Shown: positions 1-13,747, counted from the first letter of the stretch. The stretch: DNA of 64,000 bases from Vezdaea acicularis (GCA_026025075.1 JAPEUI010000033.1:62001-126000); one strand, 5' to 3'. Notes: generated by a model from the letters alone, not told the origin. Numbers and translations are program-made.

Positions 1-934
1 AGGTCGAGGCTGGTGCTGATACGCTTGAGCTGCCGCTGCTTGCGAGCGCGTTGATCAAAGGTTGTTTGCCTCCGTATATCGTCTTCATCATATCAGGTAG
101 CGCGGCGTCGGCGATGTTCTGCGGTGTAGCGAACGAGCCGCCAGGCGCTGGCGCAGACCCAGATATATCGATGTCCATGCATGTCGTGTATATCTCAGGC
201 TTGCCATTTGGATATGTCGGATCGACGCCTGCTGCGGTAGGCCAGTCCCAAACCCAGTAGAGGGTATACGGCTTTCCCGACGGCGCGTCTTGAGGAATTA
301 TAATGTCGTTCTGGCACCAGAGATTGTTACCCCAAGGACTCTGTGCCGTGAATTTGAATTCGGCTTGGCGTTGAGTTGAGATTGCTCCGCCATTGACTTG
401 GTAGCACCGGCCGTCATCGTAATTCTGCGCTGACAAGAGCTTCCCGCGCTTATTCCCTCCTGTGCCATCGGTATTCCATACGTTATGTATGTCCAGAAAT
501 TTGTCATCCGGCTGAGGCTCTGTGGTGCCGTAGATATATATTGTCCCACGGCTAGGGGAAGGTTTGCCTGGCTGGTTCTGCGGAAGTGTGACATGACCGT
601 TCTCCTGATAGAGAAGTGCAAGGTAGCTGCCGGGAGCTGCTTTCAGTCGCGGGCTACCATTCTGTTGTGTTTGCTGCTGCTGTGTATCCTTGCACATCGT
701 GTTACTGGGTAATATTTTGTTGTTTTGACTAAGCGGAGGGATAAGGTTGACCATGTCCACATCTACATCAACTCCTGCGCCTCGCTGAACATTGCCTCTC
801 GGATAGCCTGGGGTCCCAGTAAAACTCCCGTTAGCGCTGATGACCGTCAGATATTCCACCCATGAGTGCGCACGCGCCGTAGGGGCCCAAGCCAGTAAGA
901 CTATTAGCGTAGCTGTGGAAAGAAATATGCGCAT
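1..934 (-). CDS. Conserved fungal secreted uncharacterised protein (resembles the family I recall as DUF7492), 3'-truncated by the window edge
   Basis: Manual translation from ATG 934 gives an uninterrupted frame: MRIFLSTATLIVLLAWAPTARAHSWVEYL..GTPGYPRG..LYQENGHVTLP..NYDDGRCYQVN..NLWCQND..YTLYWVWDWPT..EIYTTCMDIDI. It has a signal peptide. It is absent from the ORF track because its stop lies outside the window. Confidence 0.85.
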   Translation of the reverse strand, partial: MRIFLSTATLIVLLAWAPTARAHSWVEYLTVISANGSFTGTPGYPRGNVQRGAGVDVDVDMVNLIPPLSQNNKILPSNTMCKDTQQQQTQQNGSPRLKAAPGSYLALLYQENGHVTLPQNQPGKPSPSRGTIYIYGTTEPQPDDKFLDIHNVWNTDGTGGNKRGKLLSAQNYDDGRCYQVNGGAISTQRQAEFKFTAQSPWGNNLWCQNDIIIPQDAPSGKPYTLYWVWDWPTAAGVDPTYPNGKPEIYTTCMDIDISGSAPAPGGSFATPQNIADAALPDMMKTIYGGKQPLINALASSGSSSVSAPAST

Positions 935-2078
935 TTTCGGTGAAGAGAGACGGATCGTTTGAAAGTTCGGAGCTTATTGGAAAGGAAGTGAAAAGTGTCT
1001 CGACCAGCGAGAAGAAAGAAAGTTCCAAAGATTTCTAAGGGTGAGTTGAAATATGAATCCGAAGGACTCTAACACAGCGTGTTGCAAAATGTCGGGTATA
1101 GTTTTCGTCGTATTAAACCTGTAGACGTGATAAAGAAAGAAGGAAAGGCAGTGAAGCTGATTTATATGGGTCATCAAGACCTGCCACGACCAGCGTGTGT
1201 GAATAGAGGGCTGGTAAATGCGTAGACGAAAGCCATCGCCACGAGACTTTGGGGAGGTTGAGATGAAAATGGGGTGGGAAGGCTTGGGCGACATTCTTAA
1301 AGAATGTGCTCGATGCCAGCCCGACAATAGAGCAAAGGGCTTGCGACGCGCGGAAAACGAACGCTCCACACAACGGCAAAAGCGCGACGCCTGGATCAAT
1401 AGAACTTGATCCAGCCATTACTACGAACGACAATGAAACAGAGGGCCCCTCCGCGAAACCTGTTGAAGTGAAATGGCCATTCTTGGTTGCTCGAACTTTG
1501 GGCTATTGACGGGCAAGGTTTTTTGCGAGAGGGTTGAAATAGTGGAAATCCATGACGAAGCGCTCGGAGCCAATCATCTCGGACGCTCCACACATCCCAA
1601 ACACGCAACGCTACCCAGATTCCGTAACAAGCGCCCAGTTCTCCCCCCAAACGAACTTTTTCGGCGCCTCGCAGCCACTCCCGAACCCTTGCCCATTCTT
1701 CGCGACAGCCTCTGAAACGTGTCTGGGCGGAACAAGAAATCTCGGAGGGGGAGAAATAAAAGTACGTGGGACGAACTGTGGCGCGCGCGCTCGCTGGTTT
1801 TTCCGGAATGCTACCACCAGTCTGGTATGCTCAAGCCTCACGGCGAGGCGCGCGTGGAATCCCAAATATAGTGCATACTGAACCACTGTAATATCCGTAA
1901 GCCTCCATACCTAAAATCGCCGCTTGCCATTACTACACGCCAGCCCTTATGACATTCCGCAGGGCTACCTGATTCCCCAAAAGCGTAAGGTCTACATGAG
2001 GCTCCCCACCGAGCCAGCCCGAGTTCGTAAGCTGCATATGAGAGGCTGGAGAGAGTGAAGTGTCATATCAAGTTAGCT

Positions 2079-2170
2079 TCATCTGTATAGTGAAATTTAC
2101 GCGCATTTCAACTCTGAACTCACGGCAAGTCAGCTTCATCTGTGTTGTGAGTTCAACTATGCTCTCGATT
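2079..2170. repeat. Imperfect 57-bp tandem duplication
   Basis: caagttagcttcatctgtatagtgaa... recurs as caagtcagcttcatctgtgttgtgag... 57 bp later. Confidence 0.55.
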
Positions 2171-2643
2171 CTAGACCCCCTTGCCACCAAACCCCACCTC
2201 ACCATTCTCGAACATGGCGAGCCAGCATGCTCTCACAGCGATGATGTTTATGGGGGCATATACAAAACACTACACACAATCCATCCAATTCTATGAAAGG
2301 TTCCAACCATTAACGACTTATGAGTTTAATTACTTAAACTATGTATATGTTCTCCTTTCGCGACTTCTTTGGGCAATAAAGGAGATATGGCTTGCGAGAA
2401 GGAAGTGATATGAGTGAATCATCTAAGGGCCTTCAAAGAGCACGAGAGTAGCCCACTCAATGTTTATATGAAGAGAGAAAGGGTTAGGTATCATTCGTTA
2501 GCGCACACCTGTCACTGGAACCGCTAGCAGACCCAGGAAAAGTCCCATATACAAGCAAGCTTGAAATTCAAGAACACCTGGGAAAAACAGTCCCGAAAAC
2601 AGCCCAGTAAAACGCCCCCAAACTCCCAAGAGAAAAGGTCGGG

Positions 2644-5209
2644 TCAAGCGAACACGTACTTCTGCAGCTCCCGATTCACCAGTAGCAGCTCATCGAGCTC
2701 GGCCACCTCCTCCCTGCTCATCGGCTGCGGCACCGTGGTCGAGATTGGTATCGGCGATGGCGACGCGGGGCGGATGACGAGCGCCTTGGGGATACACTCG
2801 TCGTCCTCGTCGCCGTACCAGGAGCTCGTGACGGAGGGGTGGTCCATATCAGGCCACCCCGCCTCGCCATCGGAAGCCGCGCTCGACGACAAGGCCGAGG
2901 CGTGGGAGTCCCGCGCCGAGACCGAGCCGGGCGTACTGGGTGCCTGATCCGTCGTGGTGGTGTCGAGCGGGTCCGCCGACGCCGAGAGCGACGCCGGGCT
3001 GGTCCCGTTGCCGTAGCCAGCCACCAAGATCTCGGAGAAGACGGGCCGCGTGGGGCGGGGCGCGTGCATGAGCAGCGGCCCGGCTGCTGTGGTCGTAGAA
3101 GGTGAGACGCCGGTCGTAGTCGGACTCTTGAGTGCGAACCCGAACATGTCAGTCTCTCGTTCTTCTTGCACGGGGATCTGGTTCCAGGGCGCAAGGGCGA
3201 GGTCCATTCCTTTCTTACCCGGATGTTGCTGCCACGGTGGGGTTCCTGCAAGTTGCTGTGTTTTCGATTGGAGTTAGTAAGCGTGCAAGGGTGGTAGAGG
3301 GAAAGTAAGAAAGGGGATCAAAGGGGGGTGAGGGACGTACAATGCATAATGAATATGAGACGCCCTCGGTGTCGCGCACTTCCTTAGGGGCACGCGTCAC
3401 TGAGATGAGGGTTTGAAGGACGCCGTAGATGAGAAGCCAGCGCACTTTACGTCCGTCGGCTTGGGACAGCTTTTCCTCCTCTTTGAAAACGCACTCACGT
3501 TCAAAAGCTATATATTCTTGGACCAGAGCGCTTTCCTTGACGGCGTCGCAGTCGACATTCGTGGCGGCAGATAGAGCTGCCAAAGAGACTTGAATTTTCT
3601 CGGCTTTGGCCGCTTTTCCTAGACCAAACATCCGCATTGCGTCGAAAGCGCCGTGGGATCGTCTCGAGACGCCACTCGTCTGCCCTGTTGCGGGTATGCG
3701 TGGGAGTGGGTGCGGAAGCGTGGTGTAGTGATGTCTCCGGTCGAAGACGTTGATGTTCTGCGGCACCGAGAGAACGCTATCTAGGTCTTTATCATCCTGT
3801 GTCGAATGCGTGCTTTCCATATCGACGAGAAATTGGTAGAGGCTGCGGAACTCGAAGTACATCGAGCGATATGTCGACTTGGAGAGTGTCTGGGTGTTCT
3901 TTGCGAGTTGTGCTGGGGGCCAGTAGCCATTCTTCCTCACATAGTAAGAGTGCAGGAACGACCTGAATCTATCTAGATGTGCTTGGGCGGGTTGAGGGAG
4001 GCCCAGATGCCCGCTTGAAAGCTCCTCCTCGAGGAAGTTGCCGAGGGAGCGCCCCGCATGGTCCATCCGGAGGTCCATCTCTAGCTTTGCACGGGTGATG
4101 AGGGCCTTTGTAGTCTTACTTATCGGCTACACCGTAGAAAGTTAGTGAAGCATTCTTCTAAGCCTCCAAGAATAACCCGGCCTACCTCAAATTCAGGGCT
4201 GAAGAGTAGGCGGTCATTCATTCCCGCGCAATGAACAAAGGCATCCCTCCATAAATGGACAACTTGGCAGTGCTCGGCAAAGTAGAGAACGGCCAGAGCA
4301 TGGTTAGGGCACTCCCGGAAGTCGGAGAAGGTGAGCTGATCAAGATACTCGACAATGTCCTTGACATTGAGCGAGTCCACGGGCCGGAACCACTTCATCC
4401 TCTCCAGCAAGTCGACGAGTGCACCGCCCAGGTGGGGTCCCACGAGCGGCTTGCCAACCATCCATGCGAAAAAGTTCCGCGTCGTGAGGTGGAAGCGGAA
4501 GGCATCTTCACGGCTCAGATTTCGTGGGGCGGGAATGAAGAGCTCTAACTTGCCGGCCCTGGACGGGTTGTTGGTGAAGCCGCCATCGGAGCTCGAGTCG
4601 TCATCCCTTGAAGCGTCAGGGAAATCAGGGCTCGAATATCGATCCAGCATGGGCTGGTTGAGGTTAGCCAAAGAGGAAAGAAAAATGCGCGGTCGAGGGG
4701 AGATCGCTTGGGGGCGGCACGTACCTCGCAGCGGCTCGCTTGCAGCAGCGAGCAAGGAACGCGGAACGAGGGCCCACGACGGGATTGCCCTCGCCCATAC
4801 AGATGGACCAGACAATTCCCCTCGGGAAACCACAGCTCGGGGTCCTGAAACAACGATAACCGTTAGTCCTGCTGTGTCTTCCCATCTTCATCACCTCCAC
4901 TCTGTGCCAGGACTCCGTCACACTCGAGAAAGTCGGTGAACTCACTCTGCGCAAGTTATCCCAATCCGTCGTCCGTCTCTGCATACCGTCCCATCTCTTC
5001 ACGTTGGCGGCACGACAAGTCTGGCCCAGGATGCTCATTCTCTTCTGGAGCATCGTCTTCGCGACGTCGTCGATGGACTTCTGGTCTTCGGCCATCTTGC
5101 GCCAGGAGGCGTGCGAGGTGCAAGCTTGATTGCCTTTGAGCGGTCCTCCGGACTTGATCTTCAACGTCGACAGCGGCCGGAGGGGAAGGAGGTGGGAGGC
5201 GTCCGCCAT
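2644..5209 (-). CDS. Conserved fungal uncharacterised protein (resembles the family I recall as DUF8004), 5 exons
   Basis: Introns 4845-4945, 4654-4724, 4127-4185 and 3256-3340 join the ORFs in frame: RWDGMQRRTTDWDNLRR|DPELWFPEGNCLVHLYGRGQSRRGPSFRVP..FHLTTRNFFAW..WRDAFVHCAGM..HLDRFRSFLHSYY..DGRKVRWLLIYGVLQTL..LCI|QLAGTPPW. The start may instead be ATG 5095. Confidence 0.8.
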
Positions 5210-8200
5210 CACGTCGAGGCTATCGCGTCGGGCGATCAGTGAAGCGGCGTGAACTGCCCAAGAAGTATGAGGCTATCGACGAGCACGATGTATATGGCGC
5301 TGTGAAGGCGTGGAGGAGTCGTGACATCGCAAGGAGGGGCAGACGCCAGCTGTTATAGACCGGCCGGATGAGGCGTGCTCCTCCAACTCCGCATATCACC
5401 CGATCCCTCGAACCCCCGCCGTTCCTCTCGAGGATAGCACCATGCGAATTGTCGCCGTATGACGGGACGCAGACTGGAGCGATGAGCCGCGGCGATTCTG
5501 GGCTTCTTCCACTCGGCGTGGCGCGACGCCGAGACCCGCAAGGCCAAGCTGCCCGAGCTGCCACAGCTGCCATCGCTGCAGGCCGGACAACGAGAGTGGA
5601 CGGATCGACGCCATCAGATGCGCGGGCCGGCCTAGGGGCTAACCCTAGCTCGAGCCGTGGCTCGCGTGCAGACCGCGCCAGGCCGCTTCGGGCGGGCGGC
5701 AGGGTCGGCGATCCTGGAGCAGACGCTTCTGGCCTTTGCTAAACAGGCCCGTCGCCGAACCTGCACTCCTCCCACTCCCTCATCCGACGGCCCTGATGGC
5801 TTCTCCCTTCCACGGAAATTCTTCCGCCCGGTCAAACGCTCACCGTTGGTTATCGCGACATTCGAGAATGCCATCGTGATTGGCCAGCGAGATATCCACT
5901 CTCGCGCATTCGACGGTCGCTGATGGTCCAGGACGACAGAAATCCCCATGAGCGTCATCCCAATCGAGTTGTCGCAAGCTGTCCCACCAATCCCAATCTG
6001 GCTATGAGGACCGCTGCACAGCTCTTTCGATGCACCGACGAGTCAAAAGCGTCCCACACGATGATCTGGAAGGTCACGACCAGTTCGTCGCGACCGCCCA
6101 CAGACCGCGAATGATAGGTGGCAGCCGTTGTCCCACCCGTTCCATCAGTCCAACGGTGCTCGGTTGGAGTCTCTGACAGCGACGCCAATCGCGGCGGAAA
6201 TGGAATAACTTGAATGGCTGCGGGGAATTTGGACGCCGTGGCTGACAGCCGCTATGGCCCTCACGCCTGGGCTGGCCGTCTGGCCATTGTAGCCGTCGCA
6301 GCCTCGCAATTGCCCCACCATCGAATAAAACCTTCGCAATTACTCAAACATTCAATTGGCTGATCCTGTGTATCATCCTGGCGCGGTCCCGGGCGTGGAC
6401 CACTCAAAACGATCGACTATTATGCAGCTGATAGGGAATGTCCCTTGGGAATCCGCCAGCACCCCATTCTTCCCTCGCTCCCTCTCCGCACGAGGAGCCA
6501 GGCGCGGATTCCCTGCACTCAAAGCCTCGCTACTGTGGTGTGATGGCAGGGTCCCCCCAATCCTCATCCTGACAGGTCGGAGCGTTGCGAAGAGTGTGCT
6601 CGTCGATCTTGCTAGACCGTCAACCAACTCATAGAAACGTCGAGTCGTGGCACGAAGTAGATGATGAGTGCGAGGGTCAAGCTCCGGGAGCTCCAGCAGC
6701 CGGCCATGAGACCCCGCACCCATTCGGTCTTGGCGCGATCGCGTTCGGCGAATCGCAAGTATCCCGTCGCAGATCATCCGCTAGGGCACGATCGAAGGAC
6801 CTATCAAGGGAGGAGAGGGCGTCGAGGCAAGGAGAACTGGCGGATGCCGACCAACATGTCACGACGTCTGCTGTCTGTCATCCTTTATTATTCCGAGTTC
6901 ACGGGGTCTGGTGAAAAACGCCTCCGAGCTTCTAGCGAGTTAGCCCGTTCGGACCTCCACACCCGATCGTGAAGCCGGAGCAATCACCAGCAAACTAGGG
7001 TACATACCCTGAAATACAGGATGATTGGCCCTCTACGAACCCGATTCCTCCTGTACAGAGCCTTATGCTTTTCCACGATCCTTGGGACTCGTTATGGTAT
7101 CTTCACGGGACGGTGCAGCATCTCGAACTGCCTAAATTCGGATGGCGTGGAGACGCTTGACGTCCTGCATTTCGTCTTGCATGTTTCGACTCCTGCACGT
7201 CATCGGCCTTTTCTCTCCCGCGGAGGCCGATCGATATGGAGGACAGGTCGCCTCGTACCACTAGGCCCTTCACACGCGCTGAACAGTATTTCATTCAGTC
7301 TGTACTTCCTCTTGTTTGTCGATACAATGCTTGTATGACGCAGCGATGCTGGAACTGACAGTACCGTCTATATTCCTACACGCGCACTGCTCCCAAAGAC
7401 GCCGTATGGCTCTCTAATACGTCATCGTTCCTCCGCTCATAGCGCTGCAAGTCGTTTCGCAACGCGCTTAGTCTAGCGCGGCACTTCTTCCATTCTCTTC
7501 CTTCTCTCCCTTACCCTCAACCGTTCCTTCATGATCCATGCGAATGGGCATTTCCCCCAGTTTCCTACGAGCCTGCTCACAAAATCACATGGGAAAGGCC
7601 TGGCCAATTGGGTTGTCGCCATCGAGCATCATGCACACCGTCTAGATTCAGCGAGGCTGCAACTGAGATCCTTCATGCAGGTCCTCGACCTCGCGTATGT
7701 CGATGCCGCGCTGCGCCGGGCAGCATTGATTTTCCTATCCATTTGTAATGCAGGATTGATTGACACCGGGATGGCTTCTCGGGTGTTGCCTCCAGGCAGC
7801 TGATGTTGACTGATGTTGAAATGTTGTGGCCTGGTGCGACTGAAGCGATGCCTAGGGGCTGGTATAACCAAACGCACAAAACTGAAGGGGCCTGCCGATT
7901 TCCCAGGTCACGGTCTACGAGAGGTCATCACACGAAGTCGCCTTGGTCACATGAACTCGAAGTCGCCGCATGAACTTGGGTTCGTTCAATAGAGTTGACA
8001 AGCGTGATGCGTGCGCGACTGCGGCGAACTCCCCGAGTGTTGGGAGTTACCGAAGCCGATGCACCCGAATCAGTAACTCGAAGCCATGCACCACGTCTCG
8101 GTGCGCCTGCGCTGAACTTGCGTTTTCTGTTCTCCACTTCTTTCTCACGTACATTGCCATTGATCGGCCTGCAGCTAATTATCTTCGCAGTATCTGTGGA

Positions 8201-10467
8201 GTAACCTTACTCTAATCGTATGCTACAGCACACCTTTACACAGCTCAAACGCAGCGTCTCGGTAACTCGATATCTTGCCACAAGTTTGTTCGCCTCGGGC
8301 ATACCGTCAGGCCAGGTGTCTGAAGTCTGAGGCGTCCATATCGTGTCCGTGTTCAGGAGGCAAGCTCCTGTGCGTATCGTGCAACGCGTCACCCACCAGC
8401 CAAACAACCCCAGTACATCCAGAAGTGCCCCCAAGTAAAGGGCTGTGCTCCTTCTCCTCCACACTCAGGTCCTACTTACAATCCTCGGGCCAATCCGTAC
8501 CAGATTCCCCCTCCTCCCTCCATTGGCCACAAGAATCATAACAGAACCGTGGCGCCCCACCACGCCCATGTTGACGTGCGGAAACGTCAACAGGATTCCC
8601 CTCGCAGCAGAACATCTGCATCGGCAATCGCTGCAAAGCGCGCCATGCATCGCCCTTGTTTTCGTGCGCGTCCTCGCGCCTCCACCCTCTGGCCCAGTCC
8701 TGGCTGTTTCTCGTCCCAATCCGGACGCCAGAAGGAATCTGTCACAAATCGTGGCTTGCCCTTATCCCCTTCGGGCCTTTCACTACTCTCGTTTTGAGAT
8801 CTATGGGGCTACCCAAGGTACCCCGCTCAGACGCCATCGATTCGCGCGAGGGTGCAAGCTCTCTGCTTCTGGCGTTTTCCTTTCCTCTCGCTGGCGCTTC
8901 TTTCGCTTTCTCTTTTGTTCTTGCTTCCACAAGCACCAGAGGCTGCATGGGTTCATGCCGGCTTTTCACGCTCTACACTTGTACTGCTACTGCTGCTGAG
9001 TCTGCTTCTTATCGATGCCCAGACCTATCATCTATCAGCTGACAACACGCGTCGTTGACGCCGGACCCCACCCCTCACTCCACACACTCTCTCACGAACC
9101 TCATGCCCCACCGACGAACTCCTCGACCACCCACGCCCCACCTCTGCTAGGTCCCCAACGCGTCTGTAAGACACTCTCTCCCATGCTAGCATGGACTCAA
9201 CGAGTGGACGAAGAGAGGACAGGAGTGTCGAGACCCAACAACCACACAGACCTCCCATCCATCCCCTTTCCCCTTCCCCAAACCCCAAAAAGTCCGCAGC
9301 ATCCACACCGCCCCTCTAAGCCCGCACCCCATACTGTGAAGCCTACCATCACCCCTCCCCTCCCCAACAACCACCCTCACCCCTCAAACCAGCCCTCACT
9401 AGACCGCCGAGGCCTTGGGTCCTAGCACCGGTCGCGTGGACAGGAGAAACTCTCGCCTCGAGCTTTTGAGAATGAGTGCTATTTAATAAGTCCTAGGTTA
9501 TATGCGAGATATCGTGGGTCTTCTGGGACGGAGGTGGGGGTTTGTGTTTGTGTATGATAGCTAGAAACGGAGGAGCAGACGTTGTCCATCCGAGGAAGTG
9601 TGAGAGGGAAAAACTAGGGAGGAGAGAATACACAGGTGGATGCCCGTTCGGACCACGCGCCAAGGGAAAGGGGAAGGAAGGAGGGAGAGAGAAGATCGTC
9701 AAGGCGCTGTATTCTATATTTTTGTAGGGATTCACATTGTATAGACAGAGATTTGGTGCTCAGGACACCTACTTTTGTAACGAAGCTGCAAAGGCGTCAA
9801 ACACCTACACCTGCACGCACACTTTTCAGCCCCGCAAGCCATAGCCCAACTCTCCAAGCGTCCGGAACCCGCGCTTACCCGCCCCGCCATTAAATTTTCC
9901 CAACACATCACTTCACGAGTATGATTTATCAACTCGCCGCGCTCGCCGGATGGGTGGAGATGGTGAGGTATGATGCCGCGAATATATTTGTGCAATGATG
10001 GTGCCATCAATGTTGTATTGTCCTCCTACAATCACAAAATCGTGTAGTGATTTACGTGGTACAACCAGCCAAAGAACCAAGGGATGCCAGAAATCTGAAA
10101 TGTGAGGGCGTGTCAACTTGAACTGGTAGTCAAAAACGCTGGCGTTGCTCTGCATGCGGCTTGTATATAAAGCCTGCTGAGCGCGATAGGGATTCTTTGT
10201 GGTGGGTTTGGTTGGTTTGCGGTATTGGGGAGCTGGGAGGAGGCGCATTTTCATAGGTGTACGAGTACGGGTACAACGCTTGTAGCTCGGAATGGCGTCA
10301 TGTGTAGAGGGTCGCCCACTTTTGGGGGGGTGCCCCTGCGGGTAAGTTTTAGGTACAGAACGATAATGGTTCCCCACTGAAGCTCCTGGTCTCCGTTAGT
10401 CTTTTCCAGGCCCGGGACTATGATATTCCACCGCCTGAATCTCCCTCTTCCCGCCCCACGCTCTTGC

Positions 10468-11512
10468 TCAACAGCCTAGAAGCGCATTCTGCTGATCATC
10501 GGGCGACAGCGTTGGATACGCCTGGACAATACTCGCCGCCTGATCGGGCGAGCAGCCTTCCTGGAGCAGAACGCTGCTGACCTGATCGGGGGACAGATCG
10601 GCCGCGGGCGCGACCGCCTCCGCTGGACTCGAGCAGTAGCTGTTAAGGCCGTAATAGGCGGCGCTGAGGATCGGGTCTGTAGAGTTATCGTAAGAGAGGG
10701 GCAAGGAGGGGGCGGTGGGGAAGGCGGAGGCGGGGAAGACGTTGTAGAGGGGGCCACCGGGGAGGCTGGTGCTGTTCGCGATGCAATTGTTGGTGTAGGT
10801 GATGTTAGCGAGGTTGAAGAGGACCCAGACACTGGGAGAGGAGATGGTGATTGGGGGTTGGTGGGGGTTAGAAAGGGTAATTGGGGGGATGGAGGTTGGG
10901 GAGGAGGTGGGGGTGGGGAAGGGCAGGGGGAGGGGGAGAGTCAGGTATTCGGGGCCGAACCAGGTGCGCAGGGATGTCGTGGAGTTGGCGTTTACCCACC
11001 AAAACACGGTGCCGTCCATGCTACTCCAGTTGCATTCAGAGCAGATGATGGAGGAGGGGCTGCTGGTGTAGGAGCTGGGTGCGAGGACGGTCGTGAGATT
11101 TGAGGTGTTGGAAGGGTGGGGAGGGGTTGCGGTTGGGGTTTGGAGGGATGCTGTAGTCGCTTGAACGTAGACGGTGGAGAGGAGGGTGATGATCGAGATG
11201 CTGGCGTTCGTGGTGGTTGAGGGCGAGCTGAAGATGATGTCTATTCGGCAGGATTTTAGGGAGTATATGCGCGACGGGAGATGTGCTGTACTCACTGGTT
11301 CCATCAGGGACGTTGCCGGACGGAGCGGATATGGCGGAAGAGTTGCCTACCAAGTAGAGCTGTTAGGCAGTGAAGGTGCGGCAGATATGCAGCTTACTCG
11401 TTCCGTTGGTAGCTAGACTGAACAGGGCGAGCAGACTGGTACCTTCGGCTGGTAGACCTGAGCAAATCTGCACAAGTGCAACAGCAATTGCTGTGGCAAG
11501 AAGGGGGCCCAT
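10468..11512 (-). CDS. Secreted Ser/Thr/Pro-rich six-cysteine protein ending LLGC (paralog A), 3 exons
   Basis: Signal peptide MGPLLATAIAVALVQICSG. Two phase-1 introns (gtaagc..ctaac..ggtag and gtgagt..aatag) join it into ORF 10468-11304. Several N-x-S/T sites; C-terminus ...NALLGC*. Confidence 0.75.
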
Positions 11513-11989
11513 CACGATATATATCGTGTATAAGAGAAAGCGGAGAAATTGGGACACAAGCTTAAGGCTCGATTGGAGAAGCCCGACAGATACGTAAATT
11601 CCCGGTACACGCGTTTGTCTCGAGGTTAGGGGTTCGATCTTTATAGTTTGATCTCGTTCAAATCCTTCTTTACGCCACCTCTGTGAGGCTGAAGCAAGCT
11701 GTCAAAGAATCAAAGTTTTCCTCGCGTTCTCGCAGACGCTGCTGCCGTTCTGTATTGGCCTCAGTCCAGAATCGCGCCTTATGTGGTGCAGCCATCACCG
11801 CATTGAATCCCTCAACTGTGTCTAGAAGTGCACAGCCGAGACTTTGACTGAGGATGCTCCGTGCTGCGGCACAGCCGGGGAAGCTTTGTGGTTGGGCCAT
11901 TCCGAAGTCTGTGAGGAAAAATGGGAAAGCTAGTGGTGGCGTTATCAAAAGTTGGTTCGAGAGACCGTCAACGATGTTAACCTTATTTC

Positions 11990-13500
11990 TGAGCCCTCGT
12001 ATGCCAATAAACTCAATTGCTCCTGCAATGAATGAGAAACCGGTCGATTGCTCGAGTTGCTTTACTCAACAATCATTAACTACCGTGGGACCTTGCGAAG
12101 CTGAGAATATGGTGGATATTCCAGTAGCTGGACCAGAGCCCTTGGAAAAAGATCGTTGTTCTGATTGTAAGGAAAGAGTAAACGAAACCGCCTTTTTTTG
12201 AATTTCATACGAAACGGTGATTTCGCACGTCATTGAGAAGAATCAGGCGGCTCTCAAATATTTTCAAGGAGAGATGAATAGGAGAGACACTATTCGTAGA
12301 GCTAAGTAGAGTAGGCTGGGATACACTCAGGGGCTGTCACTTTTGGGGACCAAAAAGGTCTAGCCCTAAGAATCACAAGATGCGGCTGCTGCACCACAGA
12401 GGGCTTGTATAGAGAGTCAGCACGGTTGCTGCACCGAGGACTGGATTTAGAATGAGGTTCATTCTGCAAAATGTAAACAGAGAATATCCCCAATAAAAGA
12501 TTGAACCTCATCGTCCAAACTCAGTACAGTCTGGTATTTGTGTATCAACACGCCAGGAAGCTTGCTTCAAGCAGTATTAGCCATTCGCCATCTCTGGAGC
12601 ATTCGTAAGATCACATCTATATTGACGATCGAGGTTGACCCGAGGAGATAGCAAAAATCTGCCCTTGAGGGGATCACGTAATGTCTGTATCATCTACGCT
12701 GCGTATCCACGTCTCAGCTCACCATATGTGGCACAGCGCCTGGAGTTGGAGCGGTTGCTTAGTGTCTTCAGCGGTATCCGCAATCTTCTCCAATACGCTT
12801 CGTGGTACCAAAAACGCTGAAGCGCTCTGTGCGGAGGCACAGCGGAAGGAGCCTTGAGCTTATATCGCTATGACGCCTGTGCGAAGAAACTGAGAAACGA
12901 CCTTACGAGGTCTTCCCATATGCGGTAGCAGGAATTCAGTAGACATCCTGAAGGATTTGGATGGATCGAGAAGTTTTGACCTTCCATTTTCAAATGGTAA
13001 ATGCGCTTTCCATGCGGATGTACTGATCGCTCAATATTCAGAATTGGCGTACCATTCCCGACGAAGTTGAGGCGTGCTCTCTCGGCATCGTCCAGCCGGG
13101 AATGAGCACAAGTTCACGGATGCGCGTCTACAAGCCTCACAAGCCTAAAGTCAGCGCACTAACCTTTGTGAGTACCATGATTGAGCACATATCTCTCGAG
13201 CTCGGCAGCGACTCAAGGCCATGGGATCGCGTCGACCATCTTGTTCGAGTGGACTAACATAATAGTATGTATGTATTTTGCATGATGCTTATACATCATG
13301 TTTTGCAGATTACGCTTTCTGTTGCATCTTCCATTATCATGCTTCATTATCTGAAGAATAAGCAGGTGCAGAAAGTTCTTCAAAGCTTGAAGTCGAATAC
13401 AGGTCGTGTTTCTTCCGTTATGTCTCGGGTCGAGGTTTGCGGCAATATCGTGCACAGACTCCGTTAGCACTCCAGCCTCAGAACTTGCCTTCTGTAGTTC
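11990..13500 (+). pseudogene. Possible decayed gene of unknown family
   Basis: Long frames broken by scattered stops (e.g. ETAFF*ISYETVISHVIEKNQAALKYFQGEM), plus two intron-like segments (gtaaat..ctgat..cag at ~12997-13040; gtgagt..ctaac..tag at ~13168-13265). No recognisable domain. Confidence 0.25.
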
Positions 13501-13747
13501 ATCCATAATCCAGCCATCCTGGCTTAGAGCTGCTGACATTGTGGGCGTACCGCCTCGGGGCAAATGTCAACAAGCGCACAATGCGCGCAATCCGGTATCT
13601 TTCTTCTCCTGAGAGAAGCCTCCACCTCTTCCGTGTCTATCGCTTTTTATCTACCCTTCCATCTTGGTAAAGGCCGCTCTTCATCAAGAATTTCCCCGTC
13701 TACCATCTACATATCTCATAATGGGGTTCTAGCGAGAACGTCTCAAT

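Noticed and set aside
5220..8700. Many overlapping 60-180 aa ORFs
   Set aside because: GC-rich sequence gives chance ORFs on both strands; there are no domains or coherent exon chains.
11625..11645. GGTTCGATC resembling a tRNA T-loop/B-box
   Set aside because: No cloverleaf stems or A-box could be built around it.
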